64,000 nt of DNA. Source: Octopus vulgaris. Lineage: Eukaryota. The notes under the pieces are model-generated. The model was not told where the DNA came from. It worked only from the letters and a program-made list of their open reading frames with translations, and made no database searches. Within the stretch, counting starts at the first letter, position 1. Every line of letters starts with the position of its first letter. The stretch lies in assembly GCA_951406725.2 (NCBI GenBank), contig OX597830.1, forward strand, positions 50,096,001 through 50,160,000, given 5' to 3'. Position numbers and translations under genes: made by a program. This document shows, piece by piece, positions 38,836 through 52,280 of the stretch.

Positions 38836-39220
38836 CCTGCTCTTAAGCATTTAAACCAGCCATATCTGGCCCAAATATTCTACCTGTTTTATGTTCAAAC
38901 TGGCTAGATCTGGTCTCTCACACTGACCCCACAATGTCATTCTAAAAACATACAATCACATCATCAAAATCTCAAAGCTACAAGACAATCCATGATTAAT
39001 TCAAAACAATATGAATAAATAAGCTTTACATTTGACGGAGTAATATGAGAGCAAAAAGCTTAAGAAGGAAGTTGTTTCATTCAAGTGGTTTCAAGTGATA
39101 CCACAGAATGTAAACAAACAAACACACACACACACACACACAGATAATGCATTATTAATTTAAAACAATGAGAATAAATAAATATTACATTTGTCAGAGT
39201 AGTCTGAGTACAAAAGAGTT
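38836..39220. mobile_element. Degenerate MITE copy plus a partial copy ending ~40 bp from the myosin donor
   Basis: Homology to 38032-38251. Confidence 0.7.
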
Positions 39221-39262
39221 AAACCAGAGTGTTGACATAAATATATTTCCAAAGACACTTAC

Positions 39263-39397
39263 GTAAATTTGCTGATGATTAAATCGTTCGTTAAGGTTTT
39301 GTATAAAGGCATCCTCTGTCATTGGATCCAAGAGGACAGCATCACTTATCCCAACATTGTTCTCAAATATCGACAATGTTCCTTTATGCAGTGCCAT
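39263..39397 (-). CDS. MYO1B: Unconventional myosin-I (MYO1A/B-like), ATG-containing coding exon, 45 codons
   Basis: Translates MALHKGTLSIFENNVGISDAVLLDPMTEDAFIQNLNERFNHQQIY, resembling the myosin-I head N-terminus (GVxDxVLL...F..NL..RF....IY). Phase-0 GTAAGT donor at 39262-39257. Upstream ttcag acceptor puts the exon start at 39415. Orthology within class I is from recall only. Confidence 0.88.
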
Positions 39398-39748
39398 CTT
39401 CAGACATTTGGACAGCTGAAAGAATTAAAGCAGAATAAACATAATGAATTTATAAGATAATTTACTAAACACATATGAGAAAGAGAGAGAAAAAGAGAGA
39501 GAGAGAGAGAGAGAGATGGAGAGAGAAAGAGAGTGTGTGTGTGTGTGTGTGTGTGTGAGTGGTTTATTTGGATGTAAACTTACATACATATGTAGCCATA
39601 AGTAGCACAAAGGCTGAGAATTTCATTCATCACACTTAGTGAACTTAATTATAAACTGCATGTTCACATTTTATATCAAAAAGAAATTCCAGTTTTTCTG
39701 GTATCTTTGATTAATGATATAATTAGAAGGTCACATGTGAAGCACCAA

Positions 39749-40156
39749 ACCAATCACACTCACTCCAACTCTGAACCAGTTACACTCACTTGAATACTAA
39801 GTCAGTCACACTCAGTCAAACACTAAACCAGTTACACTCACTCTAACTCTGAACCAGTCACATTCACCCTAAAACTAGACCAACTATGCTCACTCCAGTA
39901 CTAAACCAGCTACACTCACTCTAACACTAAAACAGTCACACTCACTCCAACACAAAACCAGTCACACTCACTCCAACACTAAACCAGTCACACTCACTCC
40001 AACACTAAACTAGTCATACTCACTTTAACCCTGAACCAGTCACACTCACTTGAATACTAAGTCAGTCACACTCACTCTAACACTAAACCAACTACACTCA
40101 CTCCAGTACTAAACCAGCTACACTCACTATAACACTAAACCAGCCACACTCACTTC
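39749..40156. repeat. 26-bp minisatellite, ~15 copies
   Basis: Unit AAACCAGTCACACTCACTCCAACACT. Confidence 0.9.
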
Positions 40157-40271
40157 AATGCAGTTACTTTATAATACAGATCTGCACAAAGCAAACTGTC
40201 GGACAATTGAACAAGAGCAGTCACATGTCCACTCATTTCACACATAAACACACTCACACAGAAACTCACAA

Positions 40272-40311
<40 letters not shown>

Positions 40312-40849
40312 CTTCTGATATCAAAGAGATTAAACAGATTTTTTTCAGATATAGCTACCAATACCGAACACTCTTCCCCATCTCACTTGCAGCATGACTT
40401 GTGAATGAATATGGAAGTAGGACCCAAGGGAGAATAAAACAAACTCTCATTAGGAAAATTCTAAAGTTTGAATTTTAAAAAAATTAATCAACTAAAATAA
40501 CAGCTGCATCAGCAGCCTTCATTATCAGTGGCAAAATTATTGTTTGAATTAATTAATCAACCAGAGAACGGCATGAAAAATTATGGTGAACAATCAAAGT
40601 GTTTCAGATGGAAGGAGAACAGGACCATCCAATATGGAAAGCATTTTAGTTACTTGCCAAAATCAAAAAGCAGAGTACATATGACTGCTGAGTCACTAAG
40701 TGGCCCAACGGTCGAAGGTGACAGCATTTACCGCAATCATACTGACAAAATATATTTGGGTATAGAACCCCCTTTCTCAGGATTTTCCCTAGAAATTAGC
40801 TATTCAAACAATATGGTGCTGTCTTCAGTTACTTCAACTGGCATTCTCT

Positions 40850-41633
40850 TAATCCTTTAGCATTTAAACTAGCCATAGGCATAGGAGTGGCTGTGTGGTA
40901 AGTAGCTTGCTTACCAACCACATGGTTCCGGGTGCAGTCCCACTGTGTGGCACCTTGGACAAGTATCTTCTACTATAGCCTCGGGCCGACAAAAGCCTTG
41001 TGAGTGGATTTGGTAGACAGAAACTGAAAGAAGCCTGTCATATTTATGTATATATATGTATGAGTGTGTGTATATGTTTGTGTGTCTGTGTTTGTCCCCA
41101 CAACATCGTTTGACAACCGATGATGGTGTGTTTATGTTCCTGTAACTTAGCGGTTTGGCAAAAGACGCCTATGGAAGAAGTACTAGGCTTACAAAAGAAT
41201 AAGTCCTGGGGTCGATTTGCTCGACTTAAAGGCAGTGCTCCAGCATGGCCACAGTCAAATGACTGAAACAAGTAAAAGAGAATATCTAGCCGAAATATTC
41301 TACCTGTTTATGTTTAAACTGGTCAGATCCATCCACTCATATCTATCCTATGATGTTATTCTAACAAATAAACATAGTTCTATGGTAAGAAACTTGCTTC
41401 CCAGCCACATGGTTCTGGGTTCAGTCCCATTGTGTGACACCTGGGCAAGTGTCTTCTACTATAGATAGCCTTGGGCTGACCAAAGCCTTGTGAATAGATT
41501 TGGTGGATGGAAACCGAAAGAAGCCCATTGTATATATATATATGTATGTATATGCCTGTGTCTGTGTTTGTGTTTGTCCTCCCATCACCGCTTGACAACT
41601 GGGGCTAGTGTGTTTATATCCCTGTAACTTAGC
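40850..41633 (+). mobile_element. MITE interrupted by SINE A (40878-41283), followed by another SINE A fragment
   Basis: MITE sequence stops at AGCCATA and resumes at TCTAGCCGAAATATTC. Confidence 0.8.
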
Positions 41634-41699
41634 TATATATACATACATACATACATATATATATATGCATACATGTACATACATATATATATATGTATA

Positions 41700-41736
<37 letters not shown>

Positions 41737-42458
41737 GCATACATATATATATATATATACATGCATACATATATATATATATATATACACACATATATCA
41801 AATACATACATACACACACACACACACATACACACACATTTAAATATACAAATGGCTGCTTACATACACCTACATATACACACGCACATGTTCATGTGCA
41901 TCCACACCCTGTAATATAGTCTCAAATATCTTTCCATATAATGTATGCACATGCATGTGTGCACACACAGATACTTCGAGAATAGCATATTTTTAGAAAG
42001 ACTGAATGAATACCTATCTTGAGGGGTTGAAGATGATGACGATGATGATGATGATGATGATGCTGATAGTGGTAGTGATGATGGTGATGGCGGAGGTGGT
42101 GTCTTATTCTTTTCTTTAGCTTAACAAAAGTGAATATCTTTGCTGGACTGTATCTGGGGGTGAACTGGTTTCACCTCTGACCTCCGACCTTTGATACCAG
42201 TTCATTGATAGTCAACTGAAGGTCACTTACAAATGACCAGCAATGTTAGTTTAGACTGTCTTATTGAGAGAGAGAAAGAAAGAGAGAGAGAGAGAGAGTA
42301 GCAAAAAAAAGATAAGTAGACATTAAGACAAAAAGACTGAGGGAGAGACACAGAGAGAGAGAGAGAGAGAGAGAGAAGTAGGGATAGTAGGAGGGAGAAA
42401 GTGTAAGAGAGGTAGAAGTAGGACAAAAGAAAGTAGTAAAAAAGAGAGATAGAGGACA

Positions 42459-42494
<36 letters not shown>

Positions 42495-42618
42495 CAGAAA
42501 CAGTAGAGGAGAGAGATGGGGAGCGAAAGAAACAGAAAATTGAATATTTTTGTTGTTTTGGAGATTAAAATATAGTTTATAAATATCACATGAAAAATTG
42601 ATTGCTAATAAATGCACA

Positions 42619-42693
<75 letters not shown>

Positions 42694-42709
42694 TAACACA
42701 CACACTAAC

Positions 42710-42748
<39 letters not shown>

Positions 42749-43342
42749 TACACCCACTGACACATAAATTTGCAACACAGATACATACAATATACATACA
42801 CACATTCACATACACACACATGTATATGCACATTCACTGAAGCATATAGAATCTCACTTGCACACACCCTTAAGTAAACATACATATAGACATAAATATG
42901 ATATACAAATACAGTCACATGTACTCATAAAACACAAACACACACACACACACACATGTTACCACAGTATTTCAAGAGCACGATTGGAAAAATTAATCCA
43001 AAAATACCAAAGGGAGAAATCGACACACACACACACACACACACACATTCACACAACTAAATAAATCTCCAGCAAATTGAGTTACAGAGATGGTGAGATT
43101 ATGAGCAGATAATTGAGTTGGGGGGAGTATCACAGGAGTATAGAGTTGATTGTGTTACTTTATTGTTGAAAAGGAGACTAGCAAAGAAGTATAGTGTTGA
43201 TAGGGCTACTGTATTGTTGGAACGGTGAGTATCAGGTGAATTTTGTCCATCAGATAGATCTCTATGGATGTCCACTAAGACCCAGATCTATCTGCTGCTG
43301 GGTTACAGAATACACGAGATGCAAAACCAAGGCAATACTGCA

Positions 43343-43552
43343 ATAATGTAGTGTTTCTCAGACAGACAAAAAGGGCACTGGACTTCCTGAGGGACTTCAC
43401 TCCTTGATTTGAGGGTGACTCCTCAGGTAATTTCCTTTCTCAGGGCACATAATGTAGTGTTTTTCAGACAGACAAAGAGGGCACTGGACTTCCTGAGGGA
43501 CTTCATTCCTTGATTTGGGGCTGCCTCCTCAGGTAATTTCCTTTCTCAAGGG
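43343..43552. repeat. Tandem duplication, 2 x 106 bp
   Basis: ATAATGTAGTGTTT..CAGACAGACAAA at 43343 and 43449. Confidence 0.85.
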
Positions 43553-43735
43553 AGTGAGAGCTTGTGCCTGGAAAGTTTTCTAGTATATGCTAATTAACTC
43601 ATAACTGGGACCCTAACAGGTGCTACTACCCCCAGCTAGAGTAAACCTGGGAACGATAGTAGCAAAGAGGTGATTCCTCACTTCTCAAAACTCTGCAACT
43701 CCTGAACCAGGGCTCCACTTTCTGATAGAGTTGAA

Positions 43736-44322
43736 CCCTTTAGCATTTAAACAAGCTGTATCCAGCCCCAATATTCTGTCTGTTTTATATTCAAACCAGA
43801 CAAATTCAGCCTCTAACACCTACCGTACAATGTCATTCTAAAAATAAACAATCACATCACTGAAATGTTGGAGCCATGCGATATCTTTTATCTTTCATTT
43901 GTTTCAGTCATTAGACTGCTGGGGAATGACTTAGGAGAGATTTTGGTCAAATGAATCGATTCAACTACTTCGTTTTTTAAGCCCGGTTCTTATTCTATCA
44001 GATCTTTTGCCAAACTGCTAAGTTATGACGACATAAACATATCAGAACCAGTTGTTAAATGGTGGTGGAAGACAAACACAAGTACAATCACACACACACA
44101 CACACACACACAATGGGCTCTTTTCAGTCAGTTTCCACCTGCCAAATCCATTTCACAAGGCTTTGGTCGGTTTGAAGCTATAGTAAGAGACACTCGACCA
44201 AGGTGCCACGCAGTGGGACTGAACCTGGAACCATGTGATTGGGAAGAAAATGCATGATTAGTTCAAAGCAACATGAATGAATAAGCATAACATTTAACTG
44301 AAAAATCTGGATGTTAAGGGGT
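43736..44322. mobile_element. MITE interrupted by a minus-strand SINE A (~43884-44245)
   Basis: CCCTTTAGCATTT left end; MITE resumes at AATGCATGATTA and ends TAAGGGG. Confidence 0.75.
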
Positions 44323-44800
44323 TAGAATCATTCACAGAACTTTTAATAGCGTTCTGAACATTTGCCTTATTGTGATTACAGCTTCCAGTTTGGTCAGCTT
44401 TTGCAATGACAGTCGATAAACTACATGGTCAATTCTATAGTAAAATTGATTTGTTTTTCCCCACTGGTCTATTTAAGCCTACCAAGAAACGACACAAGTG
44501 TACCATAGGAGCAGAGACAATGTTTTATACAGCCATCCTTATTGTATTAAAACTTACTTCTTAACTTTTATTATTATATCAACTGGATATTTCATTCAGA
44601 TATATTTATCCCATCACCATCACGTGTGTGTATGTGAGTGTGTGTGCGTGCGTGTGCGTGTCTGTTCATCTTTTAGTACTTATATATATAGATTTGTTAT
44701 CCTGTCTTTTTAATTTGGCATCATTTATCATCCACAATGACAACAACTGCTGCTAAGAAAAACGAGAGTCCCATACGCTTGCCCAAATACGTTTTGGGTA

Positions 44801-44869
<69 letters not shown>

Positions 44870-47800
44870 TAGTAATAGTAGTAGTAGCAGTAGAGGAGAT
44901 TGCTAATTAGTCCATCAGGAAGCATAAAAACCTCTGCAGTGCTGGTGCCAGTGCTATAATAAAATGTCCTTGCTGAAATAATGGCACACAAGGAATGCAT
45001 GGGACATCATCAACAAAAGCATTTAACTCAAAACAAGAACTGATTTGGACTGTGATGACCCATCCGTCCCCAACCCAGCACAGACAATGGATGTAAAATT
45101 ACATTGATTGTGGGGTGGGTGGGGTGGGTAGGGAGTATGCACCAATGTAGAACTCTTTGTTGGTCCTGTGTATGATTTTGAACTTTATCCTGTAGTGGGT
45201 GCCCTAGATTAGAAGTTTCCAGGATTCTGAAGGGTACGAAATCACCTCTAAGTTGTTATTACTGTTCCCAGATCTACTCAAACCCAGAGTAGAAACACCT
45301 ACCATGCTCCCAGCTATGGGCTATGTGGATTAATTAGCAAGTCAGATGGGCAGATAGAGCTTGTCAGGCCAGGATGGGGTGGGTTTAACACATCCAGGGG
45401 AGGGAAAACCCCAATACCAGACCTCTGCTGCCTTGCAGCCATACCCAGTCATTAAGGAAGCTTCAGGAATAAATCCTGAGGTTAAAATCAGAAGTTGGAA
45501 CTTCTGAGGCAGTTTGAAATTATCTGCAATCGTGATCCTTAACACCATTTTTTATCTATGAATGCCCTTGATTCCTGTTTTATTCAGATGGACCTTCATA
45601 ACCCGAAATTGCTGGCCTTGTGCCAAAATTTGAAATTAATATTTACTCATTAAGGTTAGGAAACTCCCTAAAAAAAGGGGGACATGGCTCAAACTAAATT
45701 CAACCATCCGATGAAACAAGGAGCAGATAAAAATATTGATACCAATATGACTGACAAAAACCGAATCATCAAGATAATGCTCCAGTCTGGCCACATCCAA
45801 TGAGTGAAGAATGAATCAGAATTACAAACAAGAACAGTGAGGGGTGGGGGGGAGGTTGTTTTGTCTGTCATTTACGACTGACAAATGAGAAAGTGAAGAA
45901 TCTTGTTGCCAAACTCTAAAAGATATTTAATATTCTGATCACTTTAATGGTTTCATGGTTTATGGCATCATTAAACAATACAAAAAAAAACGACAACACA
46001 AAATTGTCAGCTTCTTCGCTCACCGATTCCACATTCATAAATAATCACTCATTTCTTGTGGGTGTTGTGTTTTGTAAATTCACTCATTAAAGAAGAGAAG
46101 AAATAGAGAAAGAGGTGATAATGTTTATTTGTCAGTATCAATATGTTGTGTGCGTGTGCATATATGTGTGTATGTAGTGTATGTGTGTGTGTGTATATAT
46201 GAATGTATGCACATATATATATATATTATACGTATATATTTATATTTATGCATGATTACATTCACACACACTAACATTATACATGCAAATATACACTCAC
46301 ACACACAAGGTGTATATAGAGGAAACGGGAGTTTATTTTCAATTGAACTGAACACAATTATAACCTATCTTTGAACGGTGAACAAAATGAATGTTTAATG
46401 TTTAAGAGAACACAATGTTAACTTGACTATGTAAATAATGCTTTCAAATTTTGGGGACAAGGCCAGCAACTGTTACTTACTCTGTCAGCCCCAAAGACGA
46501 GACGGAAAGGATTAAAGTCAGGTACTTTCATCTCCGACCGTAATTTGGTGAATTATTTCACTTTTCACCTTAAAAGGAAGATAGGGTTGGAGAGAAAATG
46601 CCTGACTGTGAAAATGTTTGAAAATCGATGGAAGAATGTAGCACAGATGTTGCGAGTGAATGTAACCTCATGAATACGACACAGGACGTATATCAGGTAT
46701 CAGTTGCGCGGTGTGGCCCAATGGGGTCCGAATTGAACCCGCCTCCCCACTCCATCCGTAATGTCTTCCGGTCTCTCCTATCATTCGATTTATTTATATT
46801 TTTGTGAATTTTTAATGTCATCTTTATGTTATATATATAACAGGGTTGTATAAATATTATGTGTGTTTAGATATATAGAAACACACATATGTATAGGTAT
46901 TCGCTCTCCTTGTCCTATTCTTCCTTGTCTCTGTCACACTTTCTCTGAATCTGTGTGAATGTGTAGTGCTCGTTTACTCATTGCCTGCCATCAAGCCCTG
47001 CATGTTCACTCATTCTGCACCGCTTATGCTAACGCTCCCTGTAGCCCGCTTTTACGCTTACCCTCTCTCTATGTCTCTCTTTCTATATGATATCAAAAGT
47101 CACTAGAGAAATCCGTCCATCTGACCCCAATCAGATTGTATTGTCTCACTCTATGTATAGTCCCCTTGTGGGAATTTAAAAAAAATCCCTCTATCAACCC
47201 CAGAAGCGATGAAAAGCAAAGTTGGCCTAAATGGAATTCGAACTCCAAATGAAAAGACGGATGAAATGCCACCAAGCATTTTACTCAGCATGCTAACGTT
47301 TCTGTCACTCTGCTGCCTTAGACAATATAAATAATATAGGCCTAACAGTGAACAACACAACTTGTTTATATGACAGTGAATACAGCGATAAACTAATAAT
47401 GCTACCATGCTATCATTTCACCTAACAGTGAACGCAATGTTAATTTAACAGTGGCAGTTGATTAATGTGACCCCAGTTTACTACTGGTATGCATTCCTCC
47501 CACCCCATTGCTTCCTATCTTTGTAGGAAGATGAAAGGCAAACCTTACCCTGGCAGGATTTGAACTCAAAACAAAACAGAGGTTAAATGGGATTCGGTCC
47601 TGCTCTCTAATTCAGTCACCAACCAACAACAACAACAACACAAATGTACAAAAGAACCTCGATGTGACCACTCAAGCTACTAGAAATAGCAGCAAGATGT
47701 TTCAGAAATAGTGCCTTTTCCTGCGCATAGGAGGAATAAGGACAGGGTGGTCAATGATGAAGTCCCTTTGATCCACTCACTGAGCATTGATCTGGGGTTG

Positions 47801-47879
47801 AACAATAACAATCATGTTGTTACCCCAGCAACAGACGAGGGAACATTACAAGGTGGAAGAGGGGAGTATATAGATCTTT

Positions 47880-48263
47880 TATTTTTCATTGGTTTTAGTT
47901 ATTAGACTGTGGCTATGCTGGAGCTCTGCTTTGAAGAATTTTTAGTTGAATGAATCAACCCTAGTACTTACTTTTTAAGCTTGTAATTATTGTTTTTGTC
48001 TCTTTTGCCAAATCGCTAAGTTAAAGGAATGTAAACAAACCAACACCACTCGTCAAGCAGTGATGCGAGACAACACACACACACACACACACACATGTGC
48101 ACATACAAGATAAGCTTTTTCAGTTTCCATCCACCAAATCTACTCACAAGACTTTGGTCGGCCTGAGACTATAGTAGAAGACACTTGCCCAAGATGCTTT
48201 GCAGTGGGACTGAACCTGGAACCATGTGGTTGGGAAGCAAGCTTCTTACCTCACAGCCATGCC
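47880..48263 (-). mobile_element. SINE family A (older copy)
   Basis: Homology to 28860-29264. Confidence 0.8.
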
Positions 48264-49311
48264 TCTGTTGTTCATTTTAGGCCTTGCTGAATACCACCTC
48301 ACAGTATGAAGAAATGTCGACATTTCAGGTTTATGATGAGAAATGTGATTGTGTGGGGTTGATGCCTTTCCAAAACGTTTGGAAGGTAATAAACAAATAA
48401 AACAAAATAACTTTAACTTGCAGTTAAAACCATGTCATTTAGGGGTCTGGTTCTATGTAGTTATTACTTCTGCTAAAAATAGCAACCAAATCTCCCAATA
48501 GATAATGTCTAAGATACAGAGTGGCTGAAAAAACATGGGAACAAAATATAGGTCGGTTATAATTGGAATGTCTTTAATTATAGATCTCCTCAGGTAAAGA
48601 GAACCTGAGGTTAAACAATATCAAACTGACCTACTAAGCTTGAATAAAAACAGATAGTATGGTTATGCGCAGTATGTCTTTAAGAACAGGTGTATAAGAT
48701 CACAGGTGACCTAGGGTTAAACAACAAGAGCATCATTAAATCTTTTATTTGTCTCTTCTTTTTCTTCCACTCACAATATTTAACAAACCTTTTATCATAA
48801 AACTATCTTCAAAGTTTATCCCTGACTCCCAAGGGGATCTTAGTACTTGCACCACACCAGAGACCATCAATATTTTAACAGTCGCTTTTCCATACTTGAA
48901 TGGGTCAGACAGATGTCCTTCTTTCAGCAGCCCGATGTCCTTCTTGCCACCAACCGTCACCTGTTTCCAAGCAAGGTGATATTTCCCACTGGTCAGGTGG
49001 GTTTTCACAAAAGATTGGAAACAAATGACACTGCTTGTATAACAGTGACACTCGTTTACAATTATCTCATGATGTCAAGGCATGGAGACACAAACATAAA
49101 CACACTCACTCTTGTTCGAAAATATTAGGACACAGATAGTGTTTCATATGGCCAGCTGGAGATGATGCTTCCTGGGGCTAAATAGCAGTAACATTCATCC
49201 TAGCCAGGACTGACACATTATGTTGACAAATAATCTTTACTCTAGGGTACTGTTACTGAATTTCTCTCATTGAAAGATTTACAAATAGTAATTTTCTATT
49301 TTATATATACA

Positions 49312-49431
49312 CTAGCAGTATAACCAGGCTTTTCACGGGATTAAGTTAGGATTATTAAGCTAATCAAGTTCTTTATTTCAAACCAAACTAAGTAACATCG
49401 ATGTCAAATTTTGGCAAAATCCATTGAAATT

Positions 49432-49468
<37 letters not shown>

Positions 49469-49852
49469 GCAACACACACATACGTACATACACCTATTGT
49501 ATACATGTTTGTGTGTGTTGCCGGTATATGAACAAAACACTCTTTTCCTCGATGAAAAAAAGCAAAAAAAGTCTTAACAAAAACTTCCTCGTCGCTAGAA
49601 GGGGACTTAACTCCTGTTTGCAAACAATGGGGATTTCTCCGACTTGAAAATTGTTAAAAGTTTTGGTTGAAAATTCATTTTTATAGCTATTCACTGGTGC
49701 CTCTGGGAAAAATAAGTTGACGAAAATACAGCTAGGGTCATGATGAATGTCCTCCTAAAATTGGAGCAACATGCTTGCTAATTTGTGTATGTGCATAAAT
49801 TACATTCATGTACACACACAAACACACACATCCTGCCTTTTATATATGCAGA
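49312..49852 (-). mobile_element. Non-autonomous Helitron
   Basis: Minus strand A|TC...CTAG|T with a degenerate GC-rich subterminal hairpin (CCCGTGAAAAGCCTGG) near the CTAG end; no TSD. Confidence 0.6.
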
Positions 49853-50130
49853 TTTTGGTACATTTAATGGTAGTCTGTCATAGTCCGAAAAAGACTGTTC
49901 TGCAACATCTTGCTGAGCAACCTGTACATAAGATTTATTTATAGTAATCAAATTGACATTTGCCTGAATAGGTGCATGATATATCACATGTCAGGTGTTA
50001 AAGTGGTTGCAGAGCAACAAGATGAAATGTTTTGCTCAAAAACACAATGCCCACTCAGTCTAAGAATGGAACCAACAATCTTGCAATCTTGAGTACAACA
50101 CCCCTAACCACTAGGCTTCAAACCTACCCC

Positions 50131-50178
<48 letters not shown>

Positions 50179-50455
50179 CATTTAAATAATGAGAGAGATA
50201 AATTGAATATTAATTCAATTAATATAAATTTAAAATCAGTAGTCTAGCATATAAAAAATCTGAAAAATCAGAAAGAATTTCAATACATGTGTATATTTAG
50301 GGTTAAAACCACTAGGTGGCTAAACATACGCTAGAAGAAGATCACATACGATCCAACTACAAAGAAAGAATGTTCTCCAGAGAAAATTCAGCGAACACCA
50401 GAACATAGGCTGGCAAGACAGATGAAAATTATATAAAAATCAAGAATTCTTGATA

Positions 50456-50529
<74 letters not shown>

Positions 50530-50570
50530 CATATAAGGCCAACGAGGGTACGGACGCCGCTATATATATT

Positions 50571-50764
50571 ATTTTATGTAGAAAAATACAAACTGGGACA
50601 AGAACGTAAAACATTTAGAAGACGATACAAAAAACACGGATGGGACATTCGAAGCCTTCAATCTTCAGTCAAGATTGAAGGCTTCGAATGTCCCGTCTGT
50701 GTTTTTTGTATCGTCTTCTTAATGTTTTACGTTCTTGTCCCAGTTTGTATTTTTCTACATAAAA

Positions 50765-50765
<1 letters not shown>
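50571..50765. repeat. Near-perfect palindrome: 95-bp arms, 5-nt loop
   Basis: 50571-50665 vs 50671-50765, 3 mismatches by eye; (TA)n on both sides. Confidence 0.9.
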
Positions 50766-50811
<46 letters not shown>

Positions 50812-51729
50812 GAAATGAGGTACTCAGAAAATCGGATGGTTTATATTTACAGATATTTATTTGTATATTACATTTTTTATATATCATATGACTTAGATCA
50901 TGTATATATATATATTTACACACACATACCTTTGTATGCACACACACACACACACACACACACAACTGCATTTATTATAGTTTCCATCAATTAAATCTAT
51001 CCACAAGGCTTTGGGCAGCCCAAGGCTGAAGAAGAAGATGTTTGCTCAAAATGTCGCACAGTGGGGCTGAACGTGAACTATGTATATATAACGTGCTACC
51101 ATACTTTGTATGGAAACTTAAAGAAACAAAGAAAAAAGCTGCTTTAAATTTAGATATTCAGGAAAAAAAATATACAGAAAACTATTGCTTACCCTTTTTT
51201 TATTGTTCATATTCGACGTATGAGCATTTGGTCATTCATCAAATGAATAATTTAGCATTTTCAACAGAGTGTTTCAGAATATACCATATTTCAATATGGT
51301 ATTTCACCAGTATTCCAAGACATCAAATCTATCAATATGGATTTTCTGAAGAATGAAATGATATATCCAGGCCTCCTCTAGATACCTGTTGCATTGCACC
51401 AGTGAACCGTATCACGATGACAACCACTGGACTAAGATAAGCTGGTGTCTTTATACACTTTGCTACCCATTATTCACTAGTATTGTCAGTTTTCAAAATG
51501 CTTGGCTTGGAATAAAATTATTTGAATTCCAGAAAAGTGACAAACGATAAACTAAAATGACCAAATATTTTCGAAAGCTCATTTGTTAAATTTTATTTGG
51601 TTTCTAGCATTGTATTTTGACAATATTTTGATGTATTTGTGGTAAACAAATTTTGAAGTGTAAGGCCTGCCCTGATGGTTGCGAAAGGAAAGTGCCGAAC
51701 AGCAGAACAATCATACATTAATCATTGAT

Positions 51730-52241
51730 TTCCAAATTTTGTCTGGAATTCAAGGGCAGTAATTTTGAGGGAGGAGATGAGTCAATGAGATCGACCTTGG
51801 TGTTGAACTGCTACTTATTTTATCGTCCCCCAAAAGGATGAATGGTAAAATTGACCTCAGCAGGATTTGAACTCAGAACGTAAAGACAGAAGAGATACCA
51901 CTAAGCATTTCATCCAGTATACTAACAGTTCTCCCAGCTCACCATCTTAGTAGTAGTAGTAGTGGTGGTGGTGGTAGAGGTGGTGATGGTAGTGGTGGTG
52001 GTGGTAGTAGTAGTAGTAGTAGCAGCAGCAGTACTACTACTAATAATGATGGTTTTAAATTTTGGCCCAAGGCCAACGATTTTGGAGGAGGGATTAACAA
52101 CCTCCCAGGACTTATTCTTTGTAAGCTTAGTACTAATTATATCGGTCACTTTTGCCAAACTCCTAAGTTACAGGGACGTAAGCATACCAGCATCAGTTGT
52201 CAAGCAATAGTGGGGGACAAACACAGACAGACAGAAAGACA

Positions 52242-52280
<39 letters not shown>

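Larger units (their letters stand above)
20406..39262 (-). other. GT-AG intron of the myosin-I gene (18,857 bp)
   Basis: Bounded by the donor and acceptor above. Joining the exons gives contiguous myosin sequence QQIY-TYIG. Confidence 0.85.

Noticed and set aside
39749-40156. CRISPR-like periodicity
   Set aside because: Contiguous tandem units without unique spacers; eukaryotic context with no cas genes.
45112-45133. Canonical G-quadruplex motif
   Set aside because: Simple (GGGT)n repeat with no supporting context.
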